Positions 59,201 through 64,000 of a stretch of 64,000 nucleotides of DNA are shown piece after piece. The translations under genes were made by a program, and so were the position numbers. Below the pieces are notes generated by a model. The model had not been told where the DNA came from. It did no database searches and was given only the letters and a program-made list of their open reading frames with translations. The stretch is from Marsupella aquatica. Taxonomy: Eukaryota > Plantae > Marchantiophyta. The stretch covers positions 12,403,934-12,467,933 of the forward strand of contig OZ316899.1 in assembly GCA_973895155.1 (NCBI GenBank), written 5' to 3'. Each line of letters opens with the position of its first letter. The first letter of the stretch is position 1.

Positions 59201-60817
59201 GTCGGGTTGGTTGGGCTTCTCTGGTGCCGGCCTCTGCTCCGGGACCTCCTCCGGTGCCCTTGCCGATAGGGGAAGTACTGGGGCAAAGATTTGACTTCTG
59301 GCATACCGGCACAACAGCGGCATGTGATAGCCAAGCCGGGACACGCTTCCCACACCGATCACCTACTGTTCCTCCTTCAAGATCTTTGTCAGTTGGTTGA
59401 GGAGGTACCCGTTGTAATCCCGGCTTGGGTCTGGCCTTTCTGCCAGGTAGACCTGAGCCTTGCCGATCTCTGCCCTCGGCAAGTTACAGTGCATGGTCAC
59501 CCACAAGAAATCAATCATCTCTCCGATGTGCGGGTTGGTGCAGGTGTTCCGAAAGAAGCCATTCTTTGTTGATGGTCCTGGGAACGACCGAAACTCCTTG
59601 TTAGGTAAGGTCTTCCTCGTATCAACCTTGGTCTTATTACCCATCGGCAAGCCAAACACCTCAGCAATCACCCGGGGAGTGAGATAGAAATCCTTCCCAT
59701 ACACCCTCGTGGAATTGGTCTCGGGTTCCCATGATCCCACGAACTCTAATAAGTCTGAGTCCGGCACCTCCGGCTTCAGCCATGGTAATCTTACGAAGGC
59801 TTCCAAGCCGGATCCGGCCATGAAGCCCTGGTACTTCTTGGTCTGCATGGCCGTAAAGCATGCATCCTCCTCCCGTGCAAAGTGTAATTGCACTTCCTCC
59901 GGTAGGGTCGCCGCCCAGCCTTTCCAGGTGTCATTGTTTGTTGGAATGGCATTGATGGGATCGACCTCTTCCTCTTCGGCTTCTCCCTGCCTCCTGCCCT
60001 GCTGCTCTGCTGGCTTCCTTGGTGCCGCCGACCTTGTTCTTTTTGCCGGGGTGGCCTCTTCGTTGATGTTTCCTTTCCTCTTCATCTTGGCTGCCGTGGA
60101 TGTTTCTCCTAGCAAGGTTGCCTTTGTCCACCCTTCCGTGTTACCCTTCAACTCCCAGTGTAGGTCGTTGCAGCGATTGATGGCTTCCCGGATGCCGACG
60201 ATTCTATTTTTGCAAAATAGAAGGTCGTCGAGCTGATTGGCAGTAGGAGTCCACAAGAACTCGGCCTTGATAAGTTCTCCTCCTAAGAAAGCCGTCTTTT
60301 GCAGTTCCCAGAGCCGAGCAAGCTCTTGCCGTTCTCGAGCTGCTCTCTCTGATTCTTTGTCTTCGTAAGTCCTGACGTACTCACCTGCCCGTTCGAACAG
60401 GCATCCCCAAAAATGTGCCGCTTGATTGACGTTGCTCATACCCTCCTTGAGTCGATCGTTGGTATCTGTTCCCACCCCAAGCGCTTGCCTAAGCAGCTGA
60501 CAGCATTTGGCCTCCCGTAGTCGTCTGCCCAGTTCGTTCTTGCAAATGAGCCGCTATTCCTTGCGAGCGGTCCTTACCCCTCTCCTCCTCTGGTCTTCCC
60601 ACCCGTTGGTCACCCCTAGCCGCCGATGCTTAGCGCGCCCTAACCCTAATCGTATTCTCTCCCCTGGCGTCCTTACTTCTGGCCTCGGCCCGGGTTCCAT
60701 AGTCACCCTTAATTGTTTATATTTTTCCTTGTCTTGTTACTATACTAAGGTGTTTCCAGGGTACACTCCTGCTTTTACCATGTAAACCGGCCTAGTGATT
60801 CCTGGCTAGGCATCACA
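56257..60817 (-). mobile_element. Family X solo LTR X4 (4561 bp) with an internal long ORF
   Basis: TGTGGTGC...GCATCACA termini and TSD GTCGG (56252-56256 and 60818-60822). Confidence 0.92.
57122..60700 (-). pseudogene. Family X LTR-encoded ~1190-codon protein with nonsense codons
   Basis: ATG at 60700 is in frame with ORFs 59363-60475 and 57122-59362; homologous to the X1, X2 and X3 proteins. Confidence 0.82.
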
Positions 60818-61092
60818 GTCGGGCGCTCCCCAAACGTCTCCTTTTCTAATTACAAATTTTGAATCTTTTGTCCGTTCTGTGGCCCCGCATATTTTGTTAT
60901 TACCGGAAACAGTCGTCTCTTTCTCACATGTTGCGGTTGGTTTTTCTCAATGGTCCTTTTTCCATTGAACCTTAAACTCTCCATTAGGTCACTCTTCCGA
61001 GTCATTTCAGGCACAACCTCTCTTGAAGTTGGGTCATTTCAACAACATCGGTCTTGTCATTAGCCTCAATTTTGTTTAACAGTTCCCACCAG

Positions 61093-61563
61093 ATGGAGAA
61101 GAAGGAACTCATGTCTTTGGAGGAAATGCTTGCCTTCTTCGCTCCTTCTAGAGTTTGACCGGAGGAGAGTCACTTTAGCTCCTTCAAGTCCGTTCATGGT
61201 GACACTTCCACCGAGACCTTGACTTTCCGGAATCATTTTGCGCTTCCTTATGATGAGGCGATTGGTCCTGGGGAGAGAAACATACCTTGGATTGACGACC
61301 GTGACACTCCGCGCGCAGTTGCTGATTGGTTTTCTTTTCATGAAGTCATTCCTGCTGATGGTATTCAGCCTATTGAGCGACGAGTGCAAGAGCGATTGGG
61401 ACGTGTTGACTTCCTTGATACAAATGTTCTAGACCCCGGGAATCAATATGCGGAGTTTTGGCGCCCCTTGTCGTCTTATGTGCGGCTTAGGGGTCTAGGG
61501 TTCAAGCAAAACCATAGACGGGCTAGGGCGGGCATCGACGATGACTGCCAATCGCAGAGCTAA
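61093..61563 (+). pseudogene. Possible additional M1 cargo ORF (~157 codons, one internal TGA)
   Basis: ATG at 61093 is in frame with ORF 61219-61563 and lies among palindrome motifs; no recognised family. Confidence 0.35.
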
Positions 61564-62465
61564 AGTGTTTCAGGATGGAGGTGGTTTGAGTGACATAAGC
61601 TTCAGTGGCCATAGACTTGCATACAATTTGCTATTCCTTAATCGCCATTTAAGCTAGCGTCGAGCGCTGCTTTTGTCCATCTTGGACCGTGGGATTTCTT
61701 CTTTGGTTGATTCGGAGTTCGTGTATTTCCGGCTACATCTTTAGGCCCATTTTGGATCAGTGTCCCAGTTATGTGCGGATCAGGTTGAGAAAATGCACAG
61801 ACGGGCCAGGGCGGGCTTCGGCGGGCTTCGACAACAACTAGAAATTGTAGGCATTTTGGTTCTCGGGCTGGAGGTGCTTTTAGTGATAGAAGGTCTAGTT
61901 TTAGTGTGTTGGTGACGATTTCCTTTTTAGAGAGCTAGATTTAAGCTATGCCAAGCACTGCTTATGTTCATGTTATTCCGTGGGTTGATTTGGGGATGAT
62001 CTGTGGTTGATGTAATACCGGTTATATGTTTTGACCCATTTTGGAAGTAAAGCTTGCAGTTTTGGATCGGCTCTCTTGTTCTTTTGTGGTCATTCGTTGA
62101 TTCCAAGATTTGAGCTAGCGTCAAGCGTTGCTTATGTTCATTGTGTTCCGTGTTTAGGCGTAGACATTGAATTGTATGTTCCAACTATTGATTTCTAGGA
62201 GTCCGACATTTAAGGTAGTGCACATCGCTGAAAATATTCAACATCTGCCGTGGCCTCTCTTGGTTTGAAATGCTTGAAATTGAGTTTCCTGTTCACTTCC
62301 TGATTGATGTCACGTACAATCTCTATCTTTTGCCTTGGAATTCCCCCTTCCCTTCCAGCATACTAGCGCTGGGCGATGCTAATCTTTGCAAATTTTGGCA
62401 ATGCCTTTGTTCTAATGGCCGTTGAGTTTCCTATTCTCTTCTCGATTGGCGGTACGTAGAATCTC

Positions 62466-64000
62466 TATCACGCCGTTGGCCTAGTCCTTAGGCCTATTTA
62501 CGTCTAAGACAAACACTTCCCCTGTTAGTATTCGGGTCCGAGCAAGGAGGGACGTGCGGACTGTGTATAATTCTTCCAAACTAGCGCTAAGAGCGCGTAT
62601 ATTTACTTACTAGCATGCTTAGGTATACTTTGTGTTCCGCCGCCGGAACGTACCTCAGTCGACACGGGTTTGACCCCGGCTTACGGACTTCTAAGCCTTT
62701 GTATTAGCGCCTTTGATCCGGATCCATTAGTACAAGGGCTCAACCCGGGCTCGCAACCCCGAACCTGTAACCTGCACCCCGTGCACGGTTGGCATAACCT
62801 GTTTGGCCTGACATTGATACTTGCACACGAGACTCATACATGCATTCATACATAACAGAAATCTTGATTTACATGAAGGAATTAAGGGGAAAGGATTTCA
62901 TTCATATAGGATCATACACTTACGATTGGTTGACCTGACACCTCGTGAATGAACGGGTCCAAGGCTGAGGTGTATTACACTACAACGGAGCCCGGCTCCG
63001 CACTCGCCCAACGAGCTTAGTTGTATACCCTCTCCTTGGCACTTCGACACTTCACCGAGTTCAGGACTCTAGGCGCGTACCGCGAATGGCCCACTTCTAA
63101 GTCTAAAATCCCCCCTTGCCTCTACCGGGGGGCTGCTAAATACTAAGGGCTGAGGACCAACCTGGCCTTGTGCCCGAATCTACACTAACTTATATCCTCA
63201 CTAAGCTGGTTACGACTTGTCCTATTAGTCTAACCTATTCTACACAGGCTGGCTAATATGTTAGCGCCACTATCTTCTGGTCGACGCTTACAGTCCTAAC
63301 AGCCTGTTTTAGCTACTCCTAGTTCTATTCTAAGCCTAACCCTCCGCTAATACCTGGTGCGCTTGCCAGAGCCGTCCGAGTGGGAGCGGCCATCCGCTAC
63401 CTACGGAGTCTGTCATTGTCCGTCTTGAGGAGCTGGACTTGGTCTAGCAGAGATTTGTTCTCTCGCTTCGCCGTGTCCGTCTCCTCAACTGCCTCCTGGC
63501 ATGCCTCTTCCAGTTGCTGGGCGTTGCTTGTCAGCTTGTCCACCATCTGCTCTACTTCTCGGCTTTGGTTTGAAGCCACACTACTTCAGCCTGTAGGGCG
63601 GCTATCTCCGCAGCGTCATGCTGGGCCCGCTCTTTGGCCTCCTCCAGGTCTTTCTGCCAGATGATAGTTTGGTTCTTCAAACTGTCAACCTGGGTCCGGA
63701 GCCATGCAATCTCGGCCTCCTTCCCAGCTTTGGCCTATTTGGCTAGGGCGGTGCGCATTTGCTAACAACTCATCGGCGGCTGCAACCTTGGGTCATAGTT
63801 CCAGAAGCTCAGCCTCTTCCTGGGAAAATATTTTTTATAATAAAAAGGTGAGACCGCGAAAACCCCACGGCCGGGGGGAAGCAAACAGCCCCATAGATAA
63901 ATCAGAACAACTCCCTAAGGGAGGCCAGCGGCAAAAGCAAAGGCCAGAATCACAATAAAAAAAAGGGGGGACTAAACCTAGTGGCCCAAAATGTGAGTGA
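62466..64000. mobile_element. Probable further LTR-type element with a decayed coiled-coil ORF on the minus strand (runs off the window)
   Basis: M-type repeats stop near TATCACGCCG, composition is LTR-like, and there is a coiled-coil fragment at 63397-63579; no second end or TSD is visible. Confidence 0.35.

Larger units (their letters stand above)
32955..62380. mobile_element. MULE-like DNA transposon copy M1 (outer element; termini not seen in the window)
   Basis: Divergent transposase and ParB-MTase genes homologous to those of M2; palindromic motifs continue to ~62377. Confidence 0.75.

Noticed and set aside
33785-62377. Palindromic repeats as a CRISPR array or bacterial REP elements
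   Set aside because: They are only 13 bp, irregularly spaced by tens to thousands of bp, lie in spliceosomal introns, and there are no cas genes.

Overview
This is a eukaryotic, plant-type heterochromatic window (Athila-like tRNA-Asp PBS, Bianca-type copia, GT-AG introns; a non-seed plant is likely but not provable). It is made entirely of nested transposons, and no host gene was recognised. The substrate is a large MULE-like DNA transposon family (copies M1 and M2, plus a 340-bp MITE derivative, 8-bp TSDs). Each large copy carries two divergent genes. One is a GCM/WRKY-like + DDE + SWIM transposase. The other is a 5-exon cargo gene encoding an N-terminal ParB/Srx-like domain (DGNHR motif) and a C-terminal permuted, beta-class N6/N4 DNA-methyltransferase-like domain. 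The non-coding parts of both copies carry roughly 30 copies of a 13-bp palindrome, AGCGCCNGGCGCT. This ParB + MTase + palindrome module is the best candidate for an undescribed system: a putative self-targeting epigenetic or anti-silencing module, analogous to parS/ParB or to VANDAL/VANC. Nested inside are two non-chromovirus Ty3/gypsy elements, both with an odd 20-nt LTR-PBS spacer: A is decayed, and B is intact with 4.1-kb LTRs that each encode a 618-aa protein. Also nested are four copies of a 4-4.6 kb solo-LTR family encoding a ~1200-aa coiled-coil protein, two Bianca-type copia derivatives, another solo LTR and a probable truncated LINE. All domain calls are by eye from motifs; no searches were run.
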